Of a stretch of DNA of 64,000 bases, positions 9,083 through 18,985 are shown piece after piece (the stretch's first letter is position 1; every line of letters starts with the position of its first letter). Position numbers and translations under genes: made by a program. The notes beneath the pieces are model-generated. The model had not been told where the DNA came from and did no database searches. It saw only the letters and a program-made list of their open reading frames with translations. The stretch is from an uncultured Candidatus Saccharibacteria bacterium (lineage in GTDB: Bacteria > Patescibacteriota > Minisyncoccia > Phycocordibacterales > JBBTRF01): contig CAZRTH010000001.1 in NCBI GenBank assembly GCA_964602975.1, forward strand, positions 70,303-134,302. The letters are read 5' to 3'.

Positions 9083-12000
9083 TTAGAACTCGTCTAGGTC
9101 GGGATTGGTTCGGACGGTCACGGTGATCTCTGATACAGCCTTTGGCGTGCCTGTCGCTCGGCTCACACCCTTTGAGAAGACCTTGAGAGCATATCGGTAG
9201 GTGCCCTCAGTGTTGAATGGGCCAACTTTGATCGTGTTGCCGCTGATCGCCGTGCTGTATAGTTGCTGGGAGAGTACGTCGCTCGTTCCGCCGGTGCCGG
9301 ACTGACTAATGAAGTAGAAGTCATCAGCATTACCGCCGGAAATGCTGTATCGTAGTGCCGCGGCTCTGCCTTTTTGGGTGGTGATCGATGATTTATACAC
9401 GCTTGGGCTGGAAGGTGCCGCAGCCGAAGTGTTTGCGATGGAGACAGCGCCGAATTCTAGGTCGGAAGCGACCATCTCTGACGGTACCGCAGGACAGCTA
9501 ATGAGCTGCGAGCTATTCACCGCCACCGAGGAGTCCGCTACCGACACTGTTGGGAATTGACCGACCATCGCGCCGTCTATTTTGAATGAATCGGTTGGGG
9601 TCGAGACACCGGTATGGGTGACTGTGCTAGCGCCGCTTGGTGTCCAGTTGAATCGGAACGGCTGGTTGCCCTTGAAACTCCCTGTGATGTCTGCCGTCCA
9701 TGTCCAGCCATCGGGACTTGTCGATTTGGTTGGTGGATTGCAAGTGAGGCCGAGGATGCTCGAGGTCTCGCATACGCCGATACAGGAGGCGCCACCGCCC
9801 GGAGGAGGCGTATAAGTGGTTCCGCCACCGCCACCAACTGGCAGAATAGTGACAGTCGCACTCATCGTCTTCTGCTGCGCTCCGGAAGTGACAGTCATCG
9901 TACCGGTCTTGGTGCCGGCGCTTGCATAAGAAGTTGTGGTTCGATCGGCCGTGCCGGAGACGTCGCTTGACCAAGAGTAGGCATAGGTACCGGTACCGCC
10001 CGAAACAGTGACCGTCCACGTGATGGCATCGTTCACATATGCTGTTGCTGGGCTGCCAGTGACCGCCGCTTGGAGCTCTGGCGGTGGCGGAGCGGTGACG
10101 GTGGCGTTTGGACAAGTGACCGAGAGTGTCTGGTTGCCTGAATAAATGGTCACGCTCGCAGTCTTGGTGCCTGGAGTGCTGTATACGATCGGTGCGGTTC
10201 TGCTTCCGCCATTCAGGCCGTCGCTTCCGGTCCATGAATAGGTGTAAGTGCCATCGCCGCCGGAAGGATTCGTGCTCCAAGTAGCGATCTCATCGACTTG
10301 CGCGCCGACCGGTGCCGTACAGCTTGCGGTGATCGCTGGAACAGGTGGCGGAGGTGTAGGTGGCGTGAGGATATTGGCCGTGGATGAGACAGTAATAGTC
10401 TGGCCCGCAGAGACCACCTGTACACTTGCGCTCTTTTGGCCGGCGGATGAATATGCAACCGTCGCGCTCTGAGTGAAGCCTGCGAGGCTCTGACTACCGC
10501 TCCATGAATAAGAGTAGGTACCATCGCCACCCTGAGGCACTGCTGCCCAAGTGATCGGCTCGCCAACATATGCGGTAGATGGATTTGCCACGATATCTAC
10601 ATTCAAAGCTGGCGGGGTGACCGGCGCTGGGGCGACGGAAATATCTGGACATGTCTTGACGAGGGACTGCTCGCCGGAGAATATCGTAACAGTGGCTCCC
10701 TTGGTACCCGCCGTAGGATAATTGATAGAAGTTTCGGTGCCTCCGCCATTCAAACCGTCTGTGCCGGTCCATGAATAGGTGTAGGTGCTGTCGCCGCCTG
10801 AAGCCGACACGGACCATGTCGATATTTGCAAAGCAATAGGGTTTGTCGGAACCGTACAAGTAGCGGTGATCGGTGCTGGGGGCTCTGGCGGAGGAGGCGG
10901 TACAATTGCAGGCTGGATCACCGCCTGAGCACTGACCGTTTTGAGTAATCCGCCGGAAATAACCTCCACAGTAGCGGTCATTGTTCCGGCTGTTTGGTAT
11001 GAAATTGTCGCGCTCGGGGTGAAGCCGGCAAGACTCTGGCTGCCGCTCCAAGAGTATTCATATGAGCCATCTCCTCCTTCAGGCACAGCGGACCAAGTGA
11101 TCGGCTCTCCCACGCGGGCAGATGGCGGACTCGCGACAACGACCACTTCAAGAGGTGGCAAAGGCGGCGTGCCGACACTGATGTTTGTACAAGGCACGAC
11201 AAGCGTCCTGCCGCCCGACGATATCGCGACGCTGGCAAACTTGATACCCGCAACGCTGTACACTTTCGGTGCCGATGTTCCGCTACTTGCGAGAGAGTCC
11301 GATCCAGACCAGGAATACGTAAAGGTACCTGTTCCTCCGGAAGCCGTAGCACTCCATGTGGCGACTTGGCCTGTGATGGCACCCGTCGGAGAGATACACG
11401 AGCCGGCAATATCAGGAAGTTCAGGATCAGGATTCGAAGGGACTGGCACGTCAAACTGGACCCAGCCAAGCACGTCTGAACCCCAGGCATATCCGGCATA
11501 TCGGCTGTCGCTGTTCAGCTGCACGCCGTAGTTGCCGCTTGCTGTAATACCGCTCAGGCTGACCCATCCGCCCCAGCCACCTCGTGGGTCAGGGTTGGTT
11601 GCAGTATAGGTTGTTCCTGCGGCGTCGGAACATGTCGAAGGGCTCGAGGCTGCTCCACAAGCACGTACCCAGCCGGAAAGTCGGCCGGTGGAAGCATCGA
11701 CTCGGGCGTTCTGGCGCACCGTTCCGGGCGCCACTGTACTCGATGGCATTGAGTCGGTCGCGAGACCGCCGAATTTGATCCAACCGATATTCGCAGCCCA
11801 AACATAGCCGGTGAGATTTCCGTAAATATCTCGGTTCACGCCGTATTCGCCGCTAGGAGCCGCTTCGTTGTTGCTGCTAAAGCTGAGCCAGCCGACAGTC
11901 GATGACCAAGCCCAGCCTGCCAGTGCTGTGGGGATAGCGAAGGTCGAGCCAGGAGTGCTGTAGCCGTTGGTATCAACAGGAGTTGGATTAACTTCTTCAG

Positions 12001-15000
12001 AAGTCGGAGCTGGTGAAGCCGTGGCCTCGACGGGTGTTTGGGTGGTCTGAGCTGCCGGATCGGTCACCGAGAAGCTGAAGGTTACGGATGTCAGAGGAGT
12101 GCCTGCATCGTACATGAGTACGGTTAACCCCGCGTTATTGAAAAGTGGCGTGGCGCTAGTGGTGTCGATACGGAGAGTGGCAGTACAAGACGGGCTCGGA
12201 GTACAAGGTGCGTTCATGAACGAATACGTCGTGCCCGCAGGCATCGTGCTCCCCATCGTAAAGGTGACCGGCTTCCCCGCTCCGGTGCTCGTTTTTTGCA
12301 CAGCGATTGAAACATATGCAGGAGAACCTCTTGGTACGGTTACCGGACTGTTGGTGGTAGCTGAAATGGTGAATGATTCCGCTCCGTTGGCCGGAGCAGA
12401 GGCGACATGGAAATTGAAGAGAAGATCGGTGCTATTGGCGTTGCCTGCAGTATCGCTACAACGAACATAGTAGCTACGGTAGCTGCCGTTTGTCAGGCCG
12501 GTGAGCGTCGCAGAATGAGTTTTGCCGCCATTGCTCGCAGTGAGGGTCGAGGTCATAGCCGAGTATGGCGTACCGGATGGATTGGTGTAGGTTGTAGCGT
12601 ACTTGCAAGTAGCCGATTCATCAGTATCCAAAGAGATGAAGGTACTCGTTGTGCCGGCAGGAAGCTCGGTGAAGCTCGATGGTGGTAGCGGCGGCGTCAC
12701 TCGGGTGCGTACTGGCGGCATTCTGTCTACGCCAGCCAGAACCGTCACTTTCGCCACTTCGTACGCAAGAGTGGTTGGCCCCGTTCCCGCAGGCAGGTTT
12801 GTTAGATTGGTGAGAGAAAAACGATCTGGACCGTCATAAAAACCAGTCATCAGACGGTACTCTCCTGGCGGCAGAGTGTTGGTAGGAGTTTTAAAGGTAA
12901 ATGTTTCGGATCGATCACCGCCGGACCACGTTGAAGGATATTGTGAGAACGTCAGGTTCGGATAGCCCATGTCGTTGGACCCAATGACGAGAGAGTTGTC
13001 GGCATTGACGAGAAAACTGAACTGGTTCCAATTCTTCTCGGTCGGACCGCCACGATAATGGTAGGTGACAGTGAATATTTCCCCCTGTCTTGTAGTGATA
13101 GTAGCGGGTGTTGCCGGCAAAATGCTCACAGCCGTGACTTGGCGAGTCGGGCCCGAAGTCGGGCAAGCACCGAGTGCGCAGCCGCCGCTTGCAGGAGGAA
13201 CAACGGCTACCGTCACGTTTCCGCCGGTATTCGTGAGGTTCGCTTTTGCCAGAGCACCCTGGCTGGCATTGTAGTAGCTACCGCTACCGCTCGATTGCAG
13301 CCTCACCGCTCGGACCATGTAGCGTGAAAGTCCCGAAGAGACAGAAGGGTCAGTGAAGGTTGTCGCAGTGATCGGACTAGTCGTGAGACGAGCGAAAGCG
13401 CCATTTCCTAGAGCCCGATACACGTGATATCCGACAATACCGACATCAGGAGAAGCTGTCCAGCTTACATTGACTGAATTTACGCCGCCAGAGCTGAGCA
13501 CGATGCTTGTCGGAGGCAGAACAGTATGGAGGTGGAGCGTCGGATCACCCATGAGCGCTGCTGCCGACGCACGTTTGGTTCCACTGGCAGTCCATTTATA
13601 GAGAGGCGCATACGACTGTGCGGGATCGATGTTTTGTGACAATCGAGTGCTGTCTCCAAGCGTTTCACCGAGGCCCATGCGATAAAACTTCCAATTATAA
13701 AAACCTACCCAAGCGCTGCTCAAACCGTATGCCTGGTCGGCAATAAAAGAGCGCATGAGGTTATCGGAAAAATCCCAATCTCCAAAATAGCTGCCGAACA
13801 TCTGATTGAAAATGCCGGGGCTTTTGCCACTTGCTACGATATCATTGGTAGCGATTCCATTGTAAATACCAGCAGGATAGCCAGGGCCAGCGAAGCGAGT
13901 CCACAGGTTTCCATTTCCATCACCAAGAGAAGAACTAGAGAAGAAGCCGTTCTGTCCGAAAAAGGCGACGAAGTCCTTCCATGTGTCCTGCTCGTGCAAG
14001 AAAGCGAACAGATCGGAAGTGTAGCCAACACCTACTGTCGACATGCCTCCGACCCTAAAGAGATGGTCTTTGTTCAAATATTGGCGCAGAAGATCTTTCT
14101 CGTTCTTTGGCAAGAAAGCGGTCATGTTCGCGAAGTCGACTCGGCCAACTGCCAGCTCCACCTTTGAAGGAATCGTGTTCTGGTCGAATTTCCCGTCTCC
14201 CGGAAAATTGGCGGTTCTGGTGGGGATCGTCGGACAGACAAGTTCGACTGGGCATCGTGACGCACTAGATTGCGTATCGGTCCATGTTCCGTCTATGTCT
14301 CCATAGAAAACATCTGCCGGCCAAGCGCCATTATGATCATCGTGCCCGTCCGACGCCGCGAATCCTGAGTATGGCACCGGTACGTGGCCGAACAGGAACA
14401 CATGCGATGTTACTGCCGGATCCTCGAGATATTTTTGAGCAATGAGATTTCGTACAAGCGAAGGCGTGTCCGCCCTAGATACATCAAGCCGCACGACCGT
14501 CCAACCATCGCCCTCGAGGTCATCCTTCAGACGGTCCAACTCGAAAGAAAGGTCCGACGCGTATGTATTGTCCACTACCAAGACCACTCGGCCGCGACTA
14601 TCCACCAAAGGCGCTTTGTTGCCGGCCAGCACATAGGCTTCGTCGGTTCCCCCGCCATTGATCGTTTTGACCACGCGATACTCAAATACCGAACCGGGAC
14701 CGGCTGATGTGTCCAGATAGGTCAGGGGCGTTGGTCCAGAAATAGTACCGATGATCGAACCCCACGAGTCTGCGTTCTTTGCCTTTCGATATATATCGTA
14801 TTTTTGCGCGTTTGGATCGGCACTCCACTGCAGGAGGATGCCGGACGGACTTTCGTTCGCAGAAGCGCTCAACAGAACAGTGCTTGGCAGCACAGCATCA
14901 CCTGCGTTTGCCGTAGACGGTATGAAATATCCAGAGAGAAGCAGAAGACCGGCCACCACGACAGAACCAAAGAATGCCTTTGTTCTTTGAGCGGTTGGTA

Positions 15001-15004
15001 TCAT
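9083..15004 (-). CDS. giant secreted/cell-surface protein (1973 aa) with FN3-like modules, about seven alternating PKD-like repeats, Trp-rich GW..GW[IL].F repeats
   Basis: Signal peptide MIPTAQRTKAFFGSVVVAGLLLLSGYFIPSTANA; FN3-like segments; repeated ...TWS..ASGGDGTYTYSWTGTDGL... (PKD-like YxYxWxxxDG) alternating with ...PITWAAVPQGGDGTYSYSWSGSQSLAGFT...; GWAWSSTVGWLSF / GYVWAANIGWIKF / GYAWGSDVLGWVQF motifs. Confidence 0.85.
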   Translation of the reverse strand: MIPTAQRTKAFFGSVVVAGLLLLSGYFIPSTANAGDAVLPSTVLLSASANESPSGILLQWSADPNAQKYDIYRKAKNADSWGSIIGTISGPTPLTYLDTSAGPGSVFEYRVVKTINGGGTDEAYVLAGNKAPLVDSRGRVVLVVDNTYASDLSFELDRLKDDLEGDGWTVVRLDVSRADTPSLVRNLIAQKYLEDPAVTSHVFLFGHVPVPYSGFAASDGHDDHNGAWPADVFYGDIDGTWTDTQSSASRCPVELVCPTIPTRTANFPGDGKFDQNTIPSKVELAVGRVDFANMTAFLPKNEKDLLRQYLNKDHLFRVGGMSTVGVGYTSDLFAFLHEQDTWKDFVAFFGQNGFFSSSSLGDGNGNLWTRFAGPGYPAGIYNGIATNDIVASGKSPGIFNQMFGSYFGDWDFSDNLMRSFIADQAYGLSSAWVGFYNWKFYRMGLGETLGDSTRLSQNIDPAQSYAPLYKWTASGTKRASAAALMGDPTLHLHTVLPPTSIVLSSGGVNSVNVSWTASPDVGIVGYHVYRALGNGAFARLTTSPITATTFTDPSVSSGLSRYMVRAVRLQSSGSGSYYNASQGALAKANLTNTGGNVTVAVVPPASGGCALGACPTSGPTRQVTAVSILPATPATITTRQGEIFTVTYHYRGGPTEKNWNQFSFLVNADNSLVIGSNDMGYPNLTFSQYPSTWSGGDRSETFTFKTPTNTLPPGEYRLMTGFYDGPDRFSLTNLTNLPAGTGPTTLAYEVAKVTVLAGVDRMPPVRTRVTPPLPPSSFTELPAGTTSTFISLDTDESATCKYATTYTNPSGTPYSAMTSTLTASNGGKTHSATLTGLTNGSYRSYYVRCSDTAGNANSTDLLFNFHVASAPANGAESFTISATTNSPVTVPRGSPAYVSIAVQKTSTGAGKPVTFTMGSTMPAGTTYSFMNAPCTPSPSCTATLRIDTTSATPLFNNAGLTVLMYDAGTPLTSVTFSFSVTDPAAQTTQTPVEATASPAPTSEEVNPTPVDTNGYSTPGSTFAIPTALAGWAWSSTVGWLSFSSNNEAAPSGEYGVNRDIYGNLTGYVWAANIGWIKFGGLATDSMPSSTVAPGTVRQNARVDASTGRLSGWVRACGAASSPSTCSDAAGTTYTATNPDPRGGWGGWVSLSGITASGNYGVQLNSDSRYAGYAWGSDVLGWVQFDVPVPSNPDPELPDIAGSCISPTGAITGQVATWSATASGGTGTFTYSWSGSDSLASSGTSAPKVYSVAGIKFASVAISSGGRTLVVPCTNISVGTPPLPPLEVVVVASPPSARVGEPITWSAVPEGGDGSYEYSWSGSQSLAGFTPSATISYQTAGTMTATVEVISGGLLKTVSAQAVIQPAIVPPPPPEPPAPITATCTVPTNPIALQISTWSVSASGGDSTYTYSWTGTDGLNGGGTETSINYPTAGTKGATVTIFSGEQSLVKTCPDISVAPAPVTPPALNVDIVANPSTAYVGEPITWAAVPQGGDGTYSYSWSGSQSLAGFTQSATVAYSSAGQKSASVQVVSAGQTITVSSTANILTPPTPPPPVPAITASCTAPVGAQVDEIATWSTNPSGGDGTYTYSWTGSDGLNGGSRTAPIVYSTPGTKTASVTIYSGNQTLSVTCPNATVTAPPPPELQAAVTGSPATAYVNDAITWTVTVSGGTGTYAYSWSSDVSGTADRTTTSYASAGTKTGTMTVTSGAQQKTMSATVTILPVGGGGGTTYTPPPGGGASCIGVCETSSILGLTCNPPTKSTSPDGWTWTADITGSFKGNQPFRFNWTPSGASTVTHTGVSTPTDSFKIDGAMVGQFPTVSVADSSVAVNSSQLISCPAVPSEMVASDLEFGAVSIANTSAAAPSSPSVYKSSITTQKGRAAALRYSISGGNADDFYFISQSGTGGTSDVLSQQLYSTAISGNTIKVGPFNTEGTYRYALKVFSKGVSRATGTPKAVSEITVTVRTNPDLDEF
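9790..11650 (-). repeat. in-frame tandem DNA repeats (~267-bp period) encoding the PKD-like modules of the giant protein
   Basis: recurring blocks such as ccatgaatag gtgtaagtgccatcgccgcc at ~10236, ~10503, ~10770, ~11050; two alternating repeat subtypes. Confidence 0.8.
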
Positions 15005-15122
15005 TGCGTGTGAATTACGAGTAACATGTGAGGCGCGCCAAAATCCTCTTAAGAATACCTCACTCGACGCACTCTGACAACGAAAAACCGCTGTTGATAA
15101 CCTCTTGGTACTATAAGCGATA

Positions 15123-16301
15123 CTACAACCCCTCTTTTTTCAACTCTTCGATCGCCTTTTTGGCGGCGCGAGAAAGGTGCTTCGGCATGTCGACGGAAAT
15201 TTTCACAAAAAGATCTCCTCGGCGATTTTTGCTGCTGCCAACTTGCACGCCGCGACCCTTCACTCGCAACTGTTCACCGTGGTGAATGCCAGCAGGGATA
15301 CTGAGCTGGATCGTGCCGTCCAAAGTGGCAAGCGGTAGCTCACAACCAAGCAACGCATCGGAAAGTTTGATGGACAAAGTGGTATGCAAATCGTCTCCGT
15401 CGCGCTGGAAAAGCGGATGAGGAACGATGTGGATCTTCACATACAGGTCGCCAGCTGAGCCTGCGCCCGAGCCGCTCGAGGCGCCCGAGACAGCCTCGCC
15501 CTTCCCCGCCATTCGGAGCATTTCGCCGTCATTGATACCGGCAGGAATAGTAACCTCCAGCGTTTCTTGCTTTTCGTGCACGCCTGCACCGCGGCACACT
15601 CGACATTTTTCCTTCGGGATCGTGCCCTTTCCGACACAGGTCGGGCAGGTTTGGACCGTGTTGATGTTGCCAAGGAAGGATCGACGAGTCTCCTGCACTT
15701 TTCCTCGACCGTTACAAGTCGAGCACGTGTCGAGCTTGGTTCCCGGTTCGCCTCCGCTCCCTTTGCAATGATCACACTGGGCCGTTCGACTAAAACGGAG
15801 CTCTCGTTTAGTACCGAAAATGGCATCCTTGAATGGAATCTCGATGTCGATGGACATATCACGGCCTTTCTGCTTTCGTCCACGTGATCCGGCGCTGGAG
15901 CCACCTGAACCTCCTGAACCGCCACCAAAAATGTCTCCAAATAGATCGCTGATATCAAATTCTACATTTTGGCCACCGGTTCCACCGCCGCGAGCGAAGC
16001 CGCCAAAGCCTTGTCCACCGAAGCCCTGAGTGAACTGCGAAAAATCGAAGCCGTCAAAGCCGCCAGCTCCGCCGCCATTACCAGAGAAGCCCGGCTCAGC
16101 CGAGCCAAATCGGTCATACTGCGCGCGCTTCGTGTCGTCCGACAACACTGAATACGCCTCGTTCGCCTCTTTGAAACGTGCTTCGTTGCCACCTTTCTTG
16201 TCAGGATGATGCTCGTGCGCGAGCTTTCGGAACGCCTGTTTGATCTCGTCTTTCGTGGCGTTCTTCTCGACCCCGAGTGTTTTGTAGTAGTCTTTACTCA
16301 T
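15123..16301 (-). CDS. dnaJ: molecular chaperone DnaJ
   Basis: J-domain MSKDYYKTLGV...HPDK, G/F-rich linker, four CxxCxGxG zinc-finger repeats; start set at MSKDYY (ORF track extends 16 codons upstream to 16349). Confidence 0.95.
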   Translation of the reverse strand: MSKDYYKTLGVEKNATKDEIKQAFRKLAHEHHPDKKGGNEARFKEANEAYSVLSDDTKRAQYDRFGSAEPGFSGNGGGAGGFDGFDFSQFTQGFGGQGFGGFARGGGTGGQNVEFDISDLFGDIFGGGSGGSGGSSAGSRGRKQKGRDMSIDIEIPFKDAIFGTKRELRFSRTAQCDHCKGSGGEPGTKLDTCSTCNGRGKVQETRRSFLGNINTVQTCPTCVGKGTIPKEKCRVCRGAGVHEKQETLEVTIPAGINDGEMLRMAGKGEAVSGASSGSGAGSAGDLYVKIHIVPHPLFQRDGDDLHTTLSIKLSDALLGCELPLATLDGTIQLSIPAGIHHGEQLRVKGRGVQVGSSKNRRGDLFVKISVDMPKHLSRAAKKAIEELKKEGL

Positions 16302-16402
16302 TTTGTTTTGAAGGTTTTGTTTTTGGAATTTTATCCTCTTTTCCTCCATTCTCCCCGCGACGACTTTCGTAAATTACGCAAGTAGGTCACGGGGAATAGG
16401 AG

Positions 16403-16485
16403 GAGGGGTGTCTGGAGGACTTTTTCGACTACCCGCGGATTTTGCATACTTTTTTCATACTTTCGTATGACAAATCCGATGGTAC
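16403..16485. promoter_or_regulatory. copy 1 of a conserved ~85-bp palindromic element (dnaK-dnaJ intergenic)
   Basis: gaggggtgt..gacttttt..TACCCGCGGATTTTGCATAC-15 nt-GTATGACAAATCCGatGGTAC; near-identical copy at 62453-62537. Confidence 0.6.
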
Positions 16486-16532
16486 TCGATTTCACTGCGC
16501 CACCCCCGCTGGTCACAGAGTACAGAGTGTGG

Positions 16533-18473
16533 TTATTTCTTCTGACCACCCTGGCCATTCTGACCGTCCTTCCCGCCTTCCTTGAACTCTGCATCACGTA
16601 CCGGGCCGTCACCTTTTGGAGCTTCGCCGTTTGCTCCGGCACCCGCTGCGCCGCCCGCACCCGCGCCTGTATTGGCCTTGCTCATCGCCTCGCCGACTTT
16701 CGAGAGCTCGGTTGAGAGAGCTTCGGTCGCGCTCTTGATCTTTGCGAGATCAGTGCCGTCCTTCACCTGCTTGAGGTCAGCGATCTTGTCCTCGACGCCC
16801 TTGCGGACATCAGCGGGTACTTTGTCGCCAGCATCTTTCAATGCCTTCTCGCTGGTGTAGATCATTTGCTCAGCGATATTCTTGGCCTCGACAGCTTCGC
16901 GCTTTTTCTGGTCTTCAGCGGTGTGCATTTCTGCGTCCTTCTGCATCTTCGCCACCTCTTCTTTCGAAAGACCTGAGCTTGCGGTGATCTTGATCGAATT
17001 ACTCTTGCCGGTGGTCTTGTCCTTGGCGGTCACGTTCAAGATACCGTTCGCATCAATGTCAAAAGAAACTTCCACTTGCGGCATGCCGCGAGGTGCTGGT
17101 GGAATACCATCGAGGATGAATCGGCCAAGAGACTTGTTGTCCGTCGCCATGGCTCGCTCACCCTGCACGATGTGGATCTCCACCGAAGTTTGATTATCTG
17201 CTGCGGTCGAGAATACTTGCGACTTCTGTGTCGGGATGGTAGTGTTCTTCTCGATGAGCTTGGTTGCCACACCGCCCATGGTCTCGATACCAAATGAAAG
17301 CGGAATCACATCGAGCAAGAGCACGTCCTTCACATCTCCAGCGAGAATACCTCCTTGGATCGCGGCGCCAATCGCTACCACTTCGTCTGGATTCACACCC
17401 ATATGAAGCTCCTTGCCAAAGAATGCCTTCACCGCCGCCTGCATTGCAGGCATTCGGGTCTGACCTCCCACCATCACCACTTCGTTGATGTCGGCCACCT
17501 TAAATGGTGACGCTTCCATCGCGCGCTTGGTGATCGCCATTGCGCGGTCGATGAATTCTCGTGTTAGGTCTTCGAGGGTCGAACGGGTCATGGTCTTCAC
17601 GAGATGTTTCGGACCGTCGCTGCCGGATGAGATGAACGGAATGTTGATCTCAGTCTGCACTGCGGTCGAGAGCTCGATCTTGGCCTTTTCTGCGGCCTCG
17701 TCGAGGCGTTGCACGGCAAGAGGATCCTTCATGAGGTCGATGCCGTTCTCCTTTTTGAAATCGTCCGCAAGCCATTTGATGATCTTCTGGTCGATATCTT
17801 TTCCTCCAAGATGTGCGTCACCGTCGGTAGACTTCACTTCCACAAGGTCGGCGCCCACTTCGAGCACAGAGATGTCAAAAGTACCGCCTCCGAAGTCGAA
17901 GACGACGATCTTTTCATCCTTCTTTTTGTTGAAGCCGTATGCGAGTGCGGCCGCGGTCGGCTCGTTGATGATGCGCATCACTTCGAGACCGGCAATCTTG
18001 CCGGCATCCTTGGTTGCCTGTCGCTGTGCGTCGTTGAAATATGCGGGGACAGTGATGACAGCTTGAGTGACCTTCTCGCCGAGGCGCGCTTCCGCGTCGG
18101 TCTTGAGCTTGGTGAGGATCATGGCTGAGATCTCCTCCGGTCGGAGCCATTTGTCGGCCATTTTCACCTCGACGCCGCCATTTGCAGACTTCTGCACCTC
18201 GAAAGGCACAGAGGCTTTGTCTTTCTGCACCGCATCTTCATCGAAGGTGTGTCCGATGAAGCGCTTGATCTGGAATACGGTGTTCTTTGGGTTGGTCACG
18301 GCCTGTCGTCGCGCGAGGAGGCCGACGAGTCGGTCACCGGTCTTTGATTGAGCGACGATGGATGGCGTGGTGCGCGCACCTTCTGCGTTTTCAAGAATTT
18401 TTGGCGAGCCCGCTTCCATCACCGCGACTGCTGAGTTGGTTGTACCTAGGTCAATTCCAATTATTTTGGACAT
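16533..18473 (-). CDS. dnaK: molecular chaperone DnaK (Hsp70)
   Basis: 646 aa; N-terminus [18 protein letters not shown], full Hsp70 ATPase and substrate-binding domains, G/A-rich C-terminal tail. Confidence 0.97.
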   Translation of the reverse strand: MSKIIGIDLGTTNSAVAVMEAGSPKILENAEGARTTPSIVAQSKTGDRLVGLLARRQAVTNPKNTVFQIKRFIGHTFDEDAVQKDKASVPFEVQKSANGGVEVKMADKWLRPEEISAMILTKLKTDAEARLGEKVTQAVITVPAYFNDAQRQATKDAGKIAGLEVMRIINEPTAAALAYGFNKKKDEKIVVFDFGGGTFDISVLEVGADLVEVKSTDGDAHLGGKDIDQKIIKWLADDFKKENGIDLMKDPLAVQRLDEAAEKAKIELSTAVQTEINIPFISSGSDGPKHLVKTMTRSTLEDLTREFIDRAMAITKRAMEASPFKVADINEVVMVGGQTRMPAMQAAVKAFFGKELHMGVNPDEVVAIGAAIQGGILAGDVKDVLLLDVIPLSFGIETMGGVATKLIEKNTTIPTQKSQVFSTAADNQTSVEIHIVQGERAMATDNKSLGRFILDGIPPAPRGMPQVEVSFDIDANGILNVTAKDKTTGKSNSIKITASSGLSKEEVAKMQKDAEMHTAEDQKKREAVEAKNIAEQMIYTSEKALKDAGDKVPADVRKGVEDKIADLKQVKDGTDLAKIKSATEALSTELSKVGEAMSKANTGAGAGGAAGAGANGEAPKGDGPVRDAEFKEGGKDGQNGQGGQKK

Positions 18474-18501
18474 GTGTAATGTGCGTTAAAAACTTAGTAA
18501 A

Positions 18502-18519
18502 GGATTTTTCAAAAAATCC
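18502..18519. promoter_or_regulatory. perfect palindrome GGATTTTT-ca-AAAAATCC between upstream gene stop and dnaK start
   Basis: 8-bp inverted repeat arms 29-46 nt upstream of dnaK ATG; candidate operator or weak AU-rich terminator hairpin. Confidence 0.3.
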
Positions 18520-18525
18520 GAAAGT

Positions 18526-18888
18526 TTACAACGCAAAAGATGGTGCTCGGGTTGGTTGACTCTTGAGAATGGCTTTGGTGGCGAGATGCGGATAGACGAC
18601 AGACTCGAGCTGGATGGATTGGATAAATTCAAAAACGGCTCGGGTAATTGGTGCTGGGAGAGCCTGGATGGTAGCGGCACTTACCACCTCGGAGGCAAAG
18701 GCTTCAGCGGCCCCGATCGGAGTAGCTGAGAGGAGTTTAACGCGAATCTGCCCTTGGTACTCAGCGACCAAGAAACGAGCACGAACATAGCCTCCAGCCC
18801 TTGTTTTAAGGACTTTTTCAACGATATTTTGCTGTGGAGCGAGGGTCAGCATTGGAATGTTATTATAGCAGAAATACGGAGGAGTCAA
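18526..18888 (-). CDS. hypothetical protein (120 aa) immediately upstream of dnaK
   Basis: ORF abutting dnaK; no recognised motifs. Confidence 0.45.
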   Translation of the reverse strand: MTPPYFCYNNIPMLTLAPQQNIVEKVLKTRAGGYVRARFLVAEYQGQIRVKLLSATPIGAAEAFASEVVSAATIQALPAPITRAVFEFIQSIQLESVVYPHLATKAILKSQPTRAPSFAL

Positions 18889-18904
18889 GGTTTTTTAATT
18901 GCGT

Positions 18905-18933
18905 TTGACAGCTAATACTATTAATGCTATAAT
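18905..18933 (+). promoter_or_regulatory. consensus sigma70 promoter TTGACA-17-TATAAT
   Basis: exact consensus hexamers with 17-nt spacer ~50 nt upstream of 18986 ORF; followed by 7-bp inverted repeat ACAAGCG..CGCTTGT (18949-18973) in the leader. Confidence 0.6.
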
Positions 18934-18985
18934 TTAACTCGATTTTGAACAAGCGTCTCAAACAACCGCTTGTCTGAAAGGCACC

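Noticed and set aside
9342-11531. Many 70-220-aa ORFs on both strands inside the giant surface-protein gene (e.g. 9627-10280, 10494-11051, 10941-11531)
   Set aside because: These are artefacts of repeat-rich, GC-rich coding sequence. All are embedded in the continuous 1973-aa reading frame that has a signal peptide and recognisable domains.
9790-11650. Periodic DNA repeats that could be mistaken for a CRISPR-like array
   Set aside because: Period is ~267 bp with no short spacer/repeat alternation. The repeats are in-frame and encode the PKD-like domains.
13900-14700. Possible clan-CD (gingipain/caspase-like) peptidase domain in the N-terminal third of the giant protein (…FLFGHVPVPYSG…)
   Set aside because: No convincing His-Gly…Ala/Gln-Cys catalytic dyad context could be identified by eye. 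Left as an unassigned globular region.
16331-16715. ORFs 16331-16660 (minus) and 16467-16715 (plus) in the dnaK-dnaJ region
   Set aside because: They overlap the dnaK 3' end and the conserved palindromic element. There is no coding signal, and they are better explained as non-coding spacer.
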